DNA of 64,000 bases from a virus. Each line of letters starts with the position of its first letter. Position 1 is the first letter of the stretch. A program made the translations under genes and the position numbers. The notes beneath the pieces are model-generated. The model saw only the letters and a list, made by a program, of their open reading frames with translations, ran no database searches and was not told the DNA's origin. Shown here piece after piece: positions 28,523 through 39,886 of this stretch. The DNA lies in the IMG/VR virus record IMGVR_UViG_3300022748_000015, positions 32,001 through 96,000 of that record, one strand, 5' to 3'.

Positions 28523-30640
28523 TTATAATTCCTCTTCCATCATACTCGGATCAATAGAGAAGATTCCAAAGCGTGGTGGGAATGAAGGTGGTGTTGCTGT
28601 CGTTGTTGTAGTTGGAGCAGCAGTAGTGGTAGTTGGAGCGGCTGTAGTGGTAGTCCCTCCTACTCCACTTCCACCAGTACATTCGTAATATGCTGTTGAT
28701 CCGGTAGATCCATCAGAACACTTATAGTAAAACTGTTGTACATAACCGCTACCGCAGATAGTTCCTGTATATCCGTTTGTACTATACCCTACATAGAATA
28801 AATTACCATTCACTCTGCCATAACTAGGGCCACACGTCACCCCTGCGGTAGTGGTAGTGGTTGTAGTAGTAGTTGTAGTGGTAGTTGCTGCTCCTGACAT
28901 TGTTATTCCGGCTGAATTTGATGCCAGAGTTGCAAATGAAGAGCTTAATGCTGAGACAGACAAGCTATATGAATTGCCAGGAGATACTGCCCAGCTTACG
29001 CTTGTTCCACCATATCCAGATGATGAGTCTATAGTAACTCCCCCGGAACTCAAGGTGTATGAGTATAGTGCTGTTCCAGATGGTGGATTAGACCAACTAC
29101 CTGTAAGTGAGGTAGATGAGTTTTCAGTTAGAGTTACTGTAAATGGTGCTGATGCAGGAGTAGTTACACTCGCGGAGTTTGATGCTAGAACTGTAAAAGA
29201 TGAGCTTTTCGCTGAAACAGTTAGGGTATAGCTTGTTCCTCCGGCTACAGTCCATGAGCCAGAGGTAGCACTCGTAGCATTTCCAGACGCAATAGTCGTG
29301 CCTCCAGATGAGAGTACATAGTCATATATTGCAGTACCAGCTGGAGGATTTGACCAACTTCCACTAACTGATGTAGCAGAGTTAGCGGTTAAACTTACTG
29401 AAAATACTCCAGGTGGGTTTGTCGTGGTAGTTGTAGTAGTGGTAGTTGACCCTACTGTCGCTGTTCCAGAGAGAAGTACTACACCGCCAGCTCCAATTGC
29501 TTGAACTGTAAACGTATAGCTATGGCCCGAAACTAGTCCAGTAAAGTTATAGAAGTTAGCCGCTGAGTTTGAATAAGATGATCCATTGTAGGACACTCCG
29601 CCTGGATCTGTATTATCAACCAACGAGAAACTAAAATAGGATGTCCCCGTTGGGCCCATGGTCCATGTGGTATTTATTTGAGTATCTGAGGCTGCTACTG
29701 CTGTCACATTTAGACTACCTACTGTAGTCACGTAGGAACTGGAACCTTGATCACCAACACCGTTTATATTAGTTCCAACTACTGTAGCATAGTAGATACC
29801 ATCAGCAACTCCAGTAAATGTTGTACTAGTATCGGTAGCACCTATTCCAGAGGCGGTATATGCTAGAGCACCAGTATTACCGTTATATAGCTTGACTGCT
29901 ACTGCTGATAGCGGAGCACCTCCCTCGTGACCATAGAAATTCCAGGTTACGGATATAGTTCCGGCTGCAGTTACACTTGCATTTACAGCTGGGCCTGCTG
30001 GCTTAGAGGTAATTAGCGCTGAGTTTGACCAATCTGACTGTAAGGATAGTCCGTTAGCATTTCTAACTGCAACTACAAATGAAGTATTGTATCCAGGAAT
30101 TAGGCTATTTGCGGTTACTGGTGAAGAAGATCCTTCTCCAACCTTAACTGTTGAGTTTAGGCTTGAGTATACTTCATAAGTAGAAACAGTTTTACCACCA
30201 GTAGCTCGAGGAACGAATCCAACAGTAGCTCCCGGGTTTCCGTAACTTCTATCAGTACCGATATTAGTTGCTGTACCAATAATTGGAGCCTGAGGCACGG
30301 TTGTAGCCACTACTGCAGCCGAAGGTGCTGAAGGAGCTGAATCTCCGTTGGTCCAATAACCAATGGCTTTAATGGTATAAGTATAAGAAACACCACTCTG
30401 TAGTCCAGTAATATTGATTGGTGAAGTAGAGCTTATAGCTGTAAAATTTCCTGGACTAGATGTTGCTTGGTAGTAAAGTGTGGGACCGCTAGTCGGATCT
30501 GGAGTAAAACTTATATCAACTGATCCATTATTATATTGACGGTTAAGTCCTACGTCTGTAGCAGAGATATTTGTTGGAGCTTTTGGTGGAAGATATGTCC
30601 ACACATTTGCTGAAGCTCGTCCTCCCAGGAATGGCTTCAT
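28523..30640 (-). CDS. Multi-Fn3 putative fibre-tip/adhesin with poly-Thr tracts and conserved C-terminal tag
   Basis: Likely start MKPFLGGRASA at 30640, 2 nt after the upstream stop (track start 30715). About six Fn3-like repeats; T9, T13 and (T4AAP) tracts; ends PPSFPPRFGIFSIDPSMMEEEL. Confidence 0.75.
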   Translation of the reverse strand: MKPFLGGRASANVWTYLPPKAPTNISATDVGLNRQYNNGSVDISFTPDPTSGPTLYYQATSSPGNFTAISSTSPINITGLQSGVSYTYTIKAIGYWTNGDSAPSAPSAAVVATTVPQAPIIGTATNIGTDRSYGNPGATVGFVPRATGGKTVSTYEVYSSLNSTVKVGEGSSSPVTANSLIPGYNTSFVVAVRNANGLSLQSDWSNSALITSKPAGPAVNASVTAAGTISVTWNFYGHEGGAPLSAVAVKLYNGNTGALAYTASGIGATDTSTTFTGVADGIYYATVVGTNINGVGDQGSSSYVTTVGSLNVTAVAASDTQINTTWTMGPTGTSYFSFSLVDNTDPGGVSYNGSSYSNSAANFYNFTGLVSGHSYTFTVQAIGAGGVVLLSGTATVGSTTTTTTTTTNPPGVFSVSLTANSATSVSGSWSNPPAGTAIYDYVLSSGGTTIASGNATSATSGSWTVAGGTSYTLTVSAKSSSFTVLASNSASVTTPASAPFTVTLTENSSTSLTGSWSNPPSGTALYSYTLSSGGVTIDSSSGYGGTSVSWAVSPGNSYSLSVSALSSSFATLASNSAGITMSGAATTTTTTTTTTTTTAGVTCGPSYGRVNGNLFYVGYSTNGYTGTICGSGYVQQFYYKCSDGSTGSTAYYECTGGSGVGGTTTTAAPTTTTAAPTTTTTATPPSFPPRFGIFSIDPSMMEEEL
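28528..28591. repeat. 64-bp perfect repeat, copy 1 (copy 2 at 47509-47572)
   Basis: ATTCCTCTTCCATCATACTCGGATCAATAGAGAAGATTCCAAAGCGTGGTGGGAATGAAGGTGG read identical at both sites. Confidence 0.9.
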
Positions 30641-30642
30641 GA

Positions 30643-32040
30643 CTATGCCATCAAATCGCCAACAGCAATCCAGGAGTTGGTTCCTGGACGCTTGATAAGA
30701 GTTGCTGACGCCCAACGGGTGCGAATTCTAAGACCAGGAACTCCCTGGATTGTTACGTTTCCATTAGCTGGAGTTAGGGTTACAAAACCAGTTCCAGTAC
30801 TAATTACTGTAATTTGTGCACCAGTAGTAAATCCAACGGTTGCCTCATCGGGGACATATAGGTTGGTATCCGAACTACTTGATATCTCTACGATTTGACC
30901 ATCATCAGATAGCGCAAGTGTATAGCTAGTGGCTAGCTGATTAAACGAGTAGTGATACGAAACAGGTCCGGTTGGTCCAGTCACTCCAGGCCCTGTAGGT
31001 CCTGTTACGGTGGATGCTGGTCCGGTTGGTCCAGTCACTCCAGGCCCTGTAGGTCCTATTGCTCCTGCAGTTCCTTGAATTCCTTGCACACCCTGAGGTC
31101 CGGTTGGCCCCTGCACACCCTGAGACCCTGCGGTTCCAGTTGGACCAGTCGCTCCCTGGATTCCTGCACCAGTTGCGCCAGTAGGACCGGTTGGTCCCTT
31201 AGTTCCTGTTGGACCAGTAACCGAAGGTCCAGTTACAGAAGGTCCGGTAGCACCCGTTGGGCCGACTCCACCCTGCGGTCCAGTTGGTCCAGGATTACCC
31301 TGCACACCCTGGACACCTTGAGTACCTTGCGGCCCGGTTACACCGGTGGCACCTTGTATACCAGTTGGGCCAGTTACGGAAATACCTATAGGTCCGGTGG
31401 CTCCAGTAGGGCCCACTACATTTGAAGGAGCACCAGTCGGTCCAGTTGCACCGGTCTCACCCTGAGCACCTGTTGGTCCAGTTGGTCCTTTATCTCCAAC
31501 ATCTCCAGTACGAGCAAAGGTGATGTAGATACCAGCTGTATTTGAAATTGAAGTAACCGAGCCAGAAACATAGGCAATAGGTACTTCAAAATAGGTGTCA
31601 TGGTGGTAGTGATTGCCAACTATTGAATAGTAGATATAGTTTTCTGGAGCATTTATCTCCGAAATTTTAAAAGTTCCCTTGATGGCAGAAGATGAGTCAT
31701 CAATAGTTTGTAGGAAGCTTGAGATATCTGTATCAGATAGGTCGTACCAAGAAATATACATTTCTGTAGCACTAGTTAATAGATTATTGAAGCTTAGATT
31801 ACCGTGCCCTGGGTTTTCATCAATAACTGATGTTAGGTAGTGGTATTCATATGTTGCTCCACCAAAAGTACCCTGAGGACCTTGCGGTCCAGTCGCACCA
31901 GTTGGTCCAGTTACAGTAGAGTCAGCACCAATGGGACCTTGATCACCCTGAGGACCAGTTGGTCCCGTAGGACCATGAGCACCAACAATTACCGGCTCCC
32001 ATTGTCCGGAATCTTGGTTAAATTGCTTTAATTGGCTCAT
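30643..32040 (-). CDS. Collagen-like fibre protein with shared C-terminal beta domain
   Basis: (Gly-X-Y)n rich in GPT/GAT/GVQ; ends ...[17 protein letters not shown]...W...GDLMA. Confidence 0.85.
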   Translation of the reverse strand: MSQLKQFNQDSGQWEPVIVGAHGPTGPTGPQGDQGPIGADSTVTGPTGATGPQGPQGTFGGATYEYHYLTSVIDENPGHGNLSFNNLLTSATEMYISWYDLSDTDISSFLQTIDDSSSAIKGTFKISEINAPENYIYYSIVGNHYHHDTYFEVPIAYVSGSVTSISNTAGIYITFARTGDVGDKGPTGPTGAQGETGATGPTGAPSNVVGPTGATGPIGISVTGPTGIQGATGVTGPQGTQGVQGVQGNPGPTGPQGGVGPTGATGPSVTGPSVTGPTGTKGPTGPTGATGAGIQGATGPTGTAGSQGVQGPTGPQGVQGIQGTAGAIGPTGPGVTGPTGPASTVTGPTGPGVTGPTGPVSYHYSFNQLATSYTLALSDDGQIVEISSSSDTNLYVPDEATVGFTTGAQITVISTGTGFVTLTPANGNVTIQGVPGLRIRTRWASATLIKRPGTNSWIAVGDLMA

Positions 32041-32075
32041 AGTACGTCCATGCCTCGTGGGTGAGTAGGGTGCAG

Positions 32076-32097
32076 TCTTCTACTATTTTACCCTATT
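32076..32097 (-). promoter_or_regulatory. 22-bp repeated promoter-like element, copy 1
   Basis: Minus strand AATAGGGTAAAATAGTAGAAGA (TAAAAT -10), upstream of the 32040 start; identical at 38703-38724. Confidence 0.6.
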
Positions 32098-32365
32098 ATT
32101 CGGAAGCCTTAGGGGCCGTCCCCCAGTGCCCCTCTGGGCATGCTGCATTTGGCAGCTTAGTTTTGAGATTCATCATACAGCCGCATTTACGGCATTGTTT
32201 ACTGATTTTAAATAGAAATGGGCAGGTCAAGCATATAGCCATTCTCTGATCAGCTACTTCATCAGATACCCTACCTATGTCATCATTTAGTAGGTCCCAT
32301 GGTTTTGCTGCTCGCCTAAGTTGTTCGGGCGTAGGGAGCGGTGGAATCTCAGGTAGTTGGTTCAT
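32096..32365 (-). CDS. Small Cys-rich protein (DUF6171-like), paralog of 27943
   Basis: RMAICLTCP...CRKCGCMM.......ACPEGHW. Confidence 0.7.
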   Translation of the reverse strand: MNQLPEIPPLPTPEQLRRAAKPWDLLNDDIGRVSDEVADQRMAICLTCPFLFKISKQCRKCGCMMNLKTKLPNAACPEGHWGTAPKASE

Positions 32366-32699
32366 TTTCTATAAACTTCCCATCTACATATTTATAGTTG
32401 ATCTTGGCTTCTGAAGTATCTTCAGTAACCAGCACAAAAGTAGGTTGAGCTAGCAACATATCGGCCAAAAAATCCTGAGCTCTCATGACGTCAAATACTT
32501 GACCATCAATAACTAGAGCTATTGTATGGATAGTTGCATTCTCTGGCTCACTATTATGGGTATGGCTCTTGTCGTGACTATGACTATTACCACTATCGTG
32601 ACTGTGATTACTGGATAGCGAGTTCTTTATCTTCGTAAAAATAGATACTGAAGGCATTCCTGCCTCTGATGGTTTAGGTATTTTGTGCCTTGGCTTCAT
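32349..32699 (-). CDS. Small hypothetical protein with His-rich linker (repeated family)
   Basis: NHSHDSGNSHSHDKSHTH, then IALVIDGQV...LLAQPTFV. Confidence 0.6.
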   Translation of the reverse strand: MKPRHKIPKPSEAGMPSVSIFTKIKNSLSSNHSHDSGNSHSHDKSHTHNSEPENATIHTIALVIDGQVFDVMRAQDFLADMLLAQPTFVLVTEDTSEAKINYKYVDGKFIENEPTT

Positions 32700-33388
32700 T
32701 AGTTATATTCCTTGCGGTGCCACATTGTCTTTTTATAGTTAAAGTCAGCCATACGAGCCAACATTCCTCGGTAGTCAGCTTTCTTTTTAATATTTTCAGC
32801 CTTATCTACCATTACCCAGGATTCACGTTTAATTGGTATTAGCTGAGCTATTGGCGTACCTTCAGGAATTACTCCTTCAAAGTCTTCCTTTATAAAGAAG
32901 GGGATATTTCCAGCAGCAAAAAATTCATCGGAGTCCATTATTGCTGAAACGGTGTGAAATGGGAGCTCGTGTCGGTTTAGTGGATGAGTAACTAAGAGAC
33001 TAAACCCTTTAGGAGTTTTTATTCCCCAGAAACCGGAGAATGCCAGATGATTTGGAGCAAATCCAGGGGGTCGAGGTATAGTTGCACCTAACTCCTTAGG
33101 ACGCTCGTGAATAATCTCGCCTACTGGTGTTTTAGCATAAGAAAAATTAATTTCTCCAGAGTCGGACCTAGACACCTCTACATCAAAAGGAAATCTTAAT
33201 ACATACCCGCTCATCATGGAGTCAACAAATGGCATGCATTTCTTTAAACCAGCTGATTCTTCTTGATGCCCATCGCTAGTAAAGGTGCTTTCAGCATCTT
33301 TATACCAGGCGGGTATGGTCATTTTTGTGGGTACTGGTTTCCCGTAAGCTTCTTTGGCTTTATCAGTGAAGAATTTAATAAACTTCAT
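32699..33388 (-). CDS. DUF6065-like (dUTPase-like beta fold) protein
   Basis: IPAWYK, KKCMPF.D, W.IKTPKGFSLLVTHPLNR, IPEGTPIAQLIP.KRESW. Confidence 0.6.
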   Translation of the reverse strand: MKFIKFFTDKAKEAYGKPVPTKMTIPAWYKDAESTFTSDGHQEESAGLKKCMPFVDSMMSGYVLRFPFDVEVSRSDSGEINFSYAKTPVGEIIHERPKELGATIPRPPGFAPNHLAFSGFWGIKTPKGFSLLVTHPLNRHELPFHTVSAIMDSDEFFAAGNIPFFIKEDFEGVIPEGTPIAQLIPIKRESWVMVDKAENIKKKADYRGMLARMADFNYKKTMWHRKEYN

Positions 33389-33406
33389 AGATAAATAATA
33401 CTACAA

Positions 33407-33649
33407 TTATGCAGAAAATGTTCCGGTCTGAGGGTCATAGGTGTAGCCTACCTGAGCATCTCCCATGGCAACCTGAACAAATGTTGGGTTAGCTAGGAAT
33501 ACCGAGGCATTCTTACCATTAGTCTGTAGCATTTGATACACAACGTTGTCAATTAGAACAGCAATGTGAAATTGGTTCTCTCCAGGGGTAGCTTCTACTG
33601 GAGGAGCTGGACGCTCCAGAGCTGGAACTACTGGCAGTTGATCTGACAT
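33407..33649 (-). CDS. Small hypothetical protein (repeated family)
   Basis: IAVLIDNVV...FLANPTFVQV...GYTYDPQTGTFS; end resembles small fibre-assembly proteins. Confidence 0.6.
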   Translation of the reverse strand: MSDQLPVVPALERPAPPVEATPGENQFHIAVLIDNVVYQMLQTNGKNASVFLANPTFVQVAMGDAQVGYTYDPQTGTFSA

Positions 33650-33657
33650 TTTCTTCC

Positions 33658-34623
33658 TTAGTTTCTATCTATAGTTATTTTACTAATATTTGTAGTTTGG
33701 TTGTACGAGCTTGGAGCAATAGCTAATCCGAACTTAGTTGATTTTACAGAACCGGTAGCTGTATAGGTCATATCAGAACCTATCTGTGAAGTCATATTAG
33801 TATCTGAATATGCTTGGATTGTAATAACGTCTCCAAAAGTTTTAACTCTAAAAGCAGCCGATATTGCCGCGATCGCCTGGGACCATATCGAACTAACTAC
33901 TCCTGAGACACTATTTAAAATTTTAAAATACTGTGGGTAGCAGGTATTACATGAAGTGTAGTAACATGTGCTACAAACAGTTCGATAGCATGTGCTGCAA
34001 GAGTACCAAGCACTTGACCAACTATAGCAGTTGCAGTCATAGGGTGTTGTACTACACACGGTACTGTAATCTGCAGTACATGTTGGTGCTACATAATACC
34101 AAGCTACGCAGCCAACTCCGTACACTCGTACATCGCAACCGTATGCTCCTCCAGAGCAGTAATATGTCCCTGTTGCTCCATAACTACAGCTATAGCTGTA
34201 GCATGTTGAACATGTTGTACCACTTGCATATTGAGGAACACAGGAGCAGTCATATGGTTGGTCTGAACAGCTACAGCTATACCCAACTTGAGAGCAGTTA
34301 CAGTTTTCTGGTTGGCTAAAGCTTTGTACTCCCCACCAGTTACCGGAATCTGTGACCCATAGGGCAGCCATGGCCCCCTGACCACCTGCAATTAGTTCTA
34401 CCTTAGCGTTTTTTACACCCATATCTACTACTTGTAGAGGGTAGCTTGATGCAGAGGTAGATGTATTTAGTAGGTTATTTACAATGTTGAATGTTCCACT
34501 AAGGATATTCCACTTACTTCCATCAGTAGCAGCACCTGGTGTAGAGGTTGTATTTGCACGGATAAAAGTATCAACAAACTTCTTACGAAGAGAAGATGAT
34601 GATGCCGAGATATGTGGTCTCAT
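33658..34623 (-). CDS. Putative fibre-tip protein: beta-sandwich-like domain with 22-Cys insertion
   Basis: Likely start [11 protein letters not shown] at 34623 (TAATG overlap; track start 34692). DTFIRAN..PG..TDGSKW lectin-like N-terminus; Cys/Tyr/Ser/Thr-rich segment at 33940-34302. Confidence 0.7.
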   Translation of the reverse strand: MRPHISASSSSLRKKFVDTFIRANTTSTPGAATDGSKWNILSGTFNIVNNLLNTSTSASSYPLQVVDMGVKNAKVELIAGGQGAMAALWVTDSGNWWGVQSFSQPENCNCSQVGYSCSCSDQPYDCSCVPQYASGTTCSTCYSYSCSYGATGTYYCSGGAYGCDVRVYGVGCVAWYYVAPTCTADYSTVCSTTPYDCNCYSWSSAWYSCSTCYRTVCSTCYYTSCNTCYPQYFKILNSVSGVVSSIWSQAIAAISAAFRVKTFGDVITIQAYSDTNMTSQIGSDMTYTATGSVKSTKFGLAIAPSSYNQTTNISKITIDRN

Positions 34624-36757
34624 TACGCCACCGTATCTCCGAATAGTACCCATGTGTCGGCTGATCTCTTGTAAAGAGTGGCCGATGACCACTGAGCACG
34701 AGTATTATTTCCAGGAGTGTAGTTTAGGGTAACTCCAGAAGCTGCAACAACTGTAACCTGGCCAGCACCTGTCTGCATAAAGGTTATTGATGAGCCTACA
34801 GGGATTGATACCGAAGCATTAGTCGGTACTGTCACTGTAATTGTTGATGCATTATTGAATTCAGTGAAATATAGTGGATCAGTTGCGGCTAAGGTGTAGG
34901 TTGTTCCGGTCTGTGCATTCACCGGGTATGTTAGTGATGCCTTAGATGCTAGATCAGTAACAAGATTAGTTACCTGTGACTCAGCGATAACGAGCGTAGA
35001 TTGGTCTTTATTTTTCCAAAGACCAGTAGATGACTCATACTGAAGCAAATCGCCATTAGTTTTTGAAGTAATAAGTATATCGTGCAACTCGTCTAGTTCA
35101 AATCCATTCTGAGGGCGAATAAAAATTTCACCATTATTTGAGTTTGCACGAGTAACAATACCAATAAATACTAGGTGCGCCGGAGCAACTGGCTTATTTG
35201 CTAAACCATAAACAAGAGATCCATTAACTCCTAGCCATACAGGATCTCCAGCACTAGCTCCATTAGTATTTAATCCAGCAAGAAGACCTTCAGTAATTAC
35301 ATTTGCTACACCATTAATCGCAACGGTTGCATCAAGTAGACCCATAGTCTTGCTCGACGTAGCTTCACTTGCATTACTTGCTAGAGAAACAATCATGTTT
35401 GTTCCATCAGCAGAACTTACATAGACTGGCTGACCCTTATTGATTGCAGCCGCAGCTTTAACCTGGTGGCGAATTGACTCTGAGTAGTTAGCAATCCAAG
35501 TCGTGTTGTAGTCGGTACCATCAACCTTTGCAAGGATCTGCCCGGCAGTTCCGCCTGCAGCAACGCCAGGTCCGGCTGCACCTGTTGCTCCAGTATTTCC
35601 AGTTGATCCGGTTGGCCCGGTTACCGTGCTTGCAGCACCAGTAGGTCCTGTTATGCTAGGACCAGTAGCGCCAATTGGGCCTTGAGACCCTGTAGGGCCA
35701 GTAGGGCCATCAGTTCCATTAGTTCCTGCAGCACCAGTAGGTCCCGTGGCTCCTGGTGTACCATCTGCGCCAACATATCCATTAGCGCCTGCTGGTCCGG
35801 TTGGTCCGGGAACAGTAGAAGCAGCTCCAGTTGGTCCTGTTACGGAAATGCCAGCTGGTCCGGTTGCACCTGTTGGTCCTGCAACTGTTGAATCTGCACC
35901 TGTAGCACCTGTTGGGCCAGTCACGGAAGGACCCGTAGGACCTGAATCACCAGTTGCACCAGTAGGGCCAGTAGCACCAGGAAGTCCTGCATCGCCCGAA
36001 GCACCGGTTGGGCCGGTTGGTCCCATGCCTTCAATACCGCTAACACTAGTATCAAGCCATAACTGAGAAATATCAGAAGGTGCAGTAGCCTGAGTTATTA
36101 CACCCTGGTTTCCAGTTGATCCAGTTGGACCAGTTACAGAAGGTCCGGTTGCACCTGTAGGGCCAGTAGCACCAGTATCCCCCGTAACACCTTGAATGCC
36201 TTGAATACCTTGAATGCCTTGTACGCCCTGATCACCCTGAGCACCTCGAGCGCCAGTAGGTCCAGTTACATTTGAAGGAGCACCAGTTGGTCCAGTTACA
36301 GAAGGTCCGGTTGCACCTGTTGGTCCTGCAACTGTTGAATCTGCACCTGTAGCACCTGTTGGGCCAGTTGGTCCTACATCTCCTCTAGGCCCGATTTGAC
36401 CAGTTAATCCTTGGATACCTTGGATACCTTGGATACCTTGAATCCCCTGTACACCTCGCGATCCGGTCGGGCCGATACGTCCGATAGACCCGGTCTCACC
36501 CTGAGCACCAGTTGGTCCAGTTACACTAGGACCTGTTGCTCCAGTTGGACCTTGCTCTCCAGTTGATCCCGTAGGGCCGGTTACCGATGGTCCGGTTGGG
36601 CCAGGGATACTAGAGGCAGCTCCTGTAGGACCGGTGGGTCCACCGACTGCTTGAGTCGAGCGGGCTTCCCAGGTGTAGCCATTCCAAACCCATGACGAGC
36701 CTTCGAAGCTATAAATATCACCCTGCGACGGATCTAGTGGAAAAATAAAATCGGTCA

Positions 36758-36758
<1 letters not shown>
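34623..36758 (-). CDS. Collagen-like fibre protein with shared C-terminal beta domain
   Basis: Long GPT/GAT/GIQ triplets; internal I.KG.PVY...G.L domain; ends ...[30 protein letters not shown]. Confidence 0.85.
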
Positions 36759-38310
<1,552 letters not shown>

Positions 38311-38311
<1 letters not shown>

Positions 38312-38673
38312 TATCGAGTAACCTCCGGACGAACGACAAGATTGCCTTGAATAACTTTTGTTACTATCCCCGTAGAGGTTTCTTCTACTTCCAGATCATA
38401 AGTGTATTTACCTATTTCTAAGGCTTCAGTCTGGGATGGGCTAGCTATGATTAATATTGATCCGGCTGTTCCATTGATCTCGATACCACCGTTCTCAGTG
38501 GTCAACGTTAGAACTACCGACATAGACGAGGTTTTTTCACGAACTTGCATACGAGCTGTATATCCAGTAATGGTTATTGGCTTTTTTGCTGAGTTTTTGA
38601 CTGCAATTGACCGCAAAAGCGTAGCGCCTTGATCGACAATAATGTCGTAATAATTTGCGGTAGCACAGTGCAC
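38311..38673 (-). CDS. Small virion adaptor-like protein, paralog of 53699
   Basis: Y...DQGAT..R.I...[12 protein letters not shown]...LTTENGGI...Y.YDLE...QGN.VVR.EVTR shared with 53699..54061. Confidence 0.7.
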
Positions 38674-38702
38674 GGGGAAATCCTCTGAGAAATTGGCCTA
38701 TT

Positions 38703-38724
38703 TCTTCTACTATTTTACCCTATT
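38703..38724 (-). promoter_or_regulatory. 22-bp repeated promoter-like element, copy 2
   Basis: Identical to 32076-32097; upstream of the 38673 start. Confidence 0.6.
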
Positions 38725-38739
38725 GGAGCAAGATTGATA

Positions 38740-39426
38740 CTAGTAGATAGGGGTGCCGTTCTTAATACCCTGCTTCCATTCTGCCTGCTGTACAGCCTGC
38801 TGTTCACGCACCTTAGTGACCTCCTCGTCCCACTCCTTGATGCGCTCCTCCGAATACTCGGATTCGGCAAAATCCCAGAATGCTCCGATAGTGTGGCGAG
38901 TCCCTGTTAGAACTTCCTTAACCTGGTGTACATTGTTAATTCCCCCCGGGAATGTAATTAATTGACCCGATTTAGGTTTAATTGTTAAGCTGTGGTCTCT
39001 AAAATCGAGTTCTCCACCCTCGTAATCATCGTTTACATAGAGTAGGCAAACAAACTTACTTTTCTCCCATGCTGACCAGTTGCCATCCATATCGGTATTA
39101 TCCGAGTGGAACGGTGCAAAAGCTCCCTTTTCCCATTTTTGGGCATGGCTAGATACAGACTTAACTGGGCGCTGATGCGCATCTTCTACATACTCTTTAA
39201 GTCTTGATGCTAGGTTTCCTAGGTAATCCTTAGGCAATCCGTACTTCTCTAAAAGTGGTTCGTCGGGTAGAAGGCTCATCCCGTATGACTCGAAAAATGC
39301 CGACATTGTCCACGGTAGTTCAGGATCTTCGAAGTAGGATACGAGCTTTTGCTGGTCCTCTACCGGGATGAAGTCGTCGTAGCAGATGATATCTTCCTTT
39401 AAGAATCTTTTATTCTCGATGCTCAT
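38740..39426 (-). CDS. 2OG-Fe(II) oxygenase, prolyl 4-hydroxylase-like
   Basis: HSD...LLYVNDDYEGGEL...HQV...R. Confidence 0.9.
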   Translation of the reverse strand: MSIENKRFLKEDIICYDDFIPVEDQQKLVSYFEDPELPWTMSAFFESYGMSLLPDEPLLEKYGLPKDYLGNLASRLKEYVEDAHQRPVKSVSSHAQKWEKGAFAPFHSDNTDMDGNWSAWEKSKFVCLLYVNDDYEGGELDFRDHSLTIKPKSGQLITFPGGINNVHQVKEVLTGTRHTIGAFWDFAESEYSEERIKEWDEEVTKVREQQAVQQAEWKQGIKNGTPIY

Positions 39427-39886
39427 CGGTTGTCTCTCCTGTATATCCTAAGTTAGAAAGAAATCTTTCGTGGTCAAATCTTTGATTGTCTCTAGAAAAT
39501 ATCTTAGCAAACGTAAAAATTAGTTTATTAAAAGTTGGTTCTGGCGTCTCTAATTTAGCCGATTCTAGAGCTTTAGTAACCTCTAGGTAGTCATTTTTTA
39601 GGAACGTACATTCTCCGCCACGTGGGCGTTTAAGTATTTTTTCATGTGTAGTGCCGGTAGGCTCGTATAAAGTCACGGTTAGATATTCTTTCGCAAATCC
39701 CCAGTCGGAGTAGGCTGCATATCCTGTAGCTGCATCCAGGGCATTGTCATAGAAGTAGATAGATCTGACTGGATTCTCGCCATCTCTAGCTACGGTTAGC
39801 ATGTAGCCAGAAGCCACTTTATCTCTAACTTCTAACTTAAACTTTTCAACCATATCCAGGTTAACTGGATTTAAATCTCCAGACAT
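39410..39886 (-). CDS. Hypothetical protein
   Basis: 158-aa ORF coupled on both sides within the oxygenase run. Confidence 0.65.
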   Translation of the reverse strand: MSGDLNPVNLDMVEKFKLEVRDKVASGYMLTVARDGENPVRSIYFYDNALDAATGYAAYSDWGFAKEYLTVTLYEPTGTTHEKILKRPRGGECTFLKNDYLEVTKALESAKLETPEPTFNKLIFTFAKIFSRDNQRFDHERFLSNLGYTGETTDEHRE

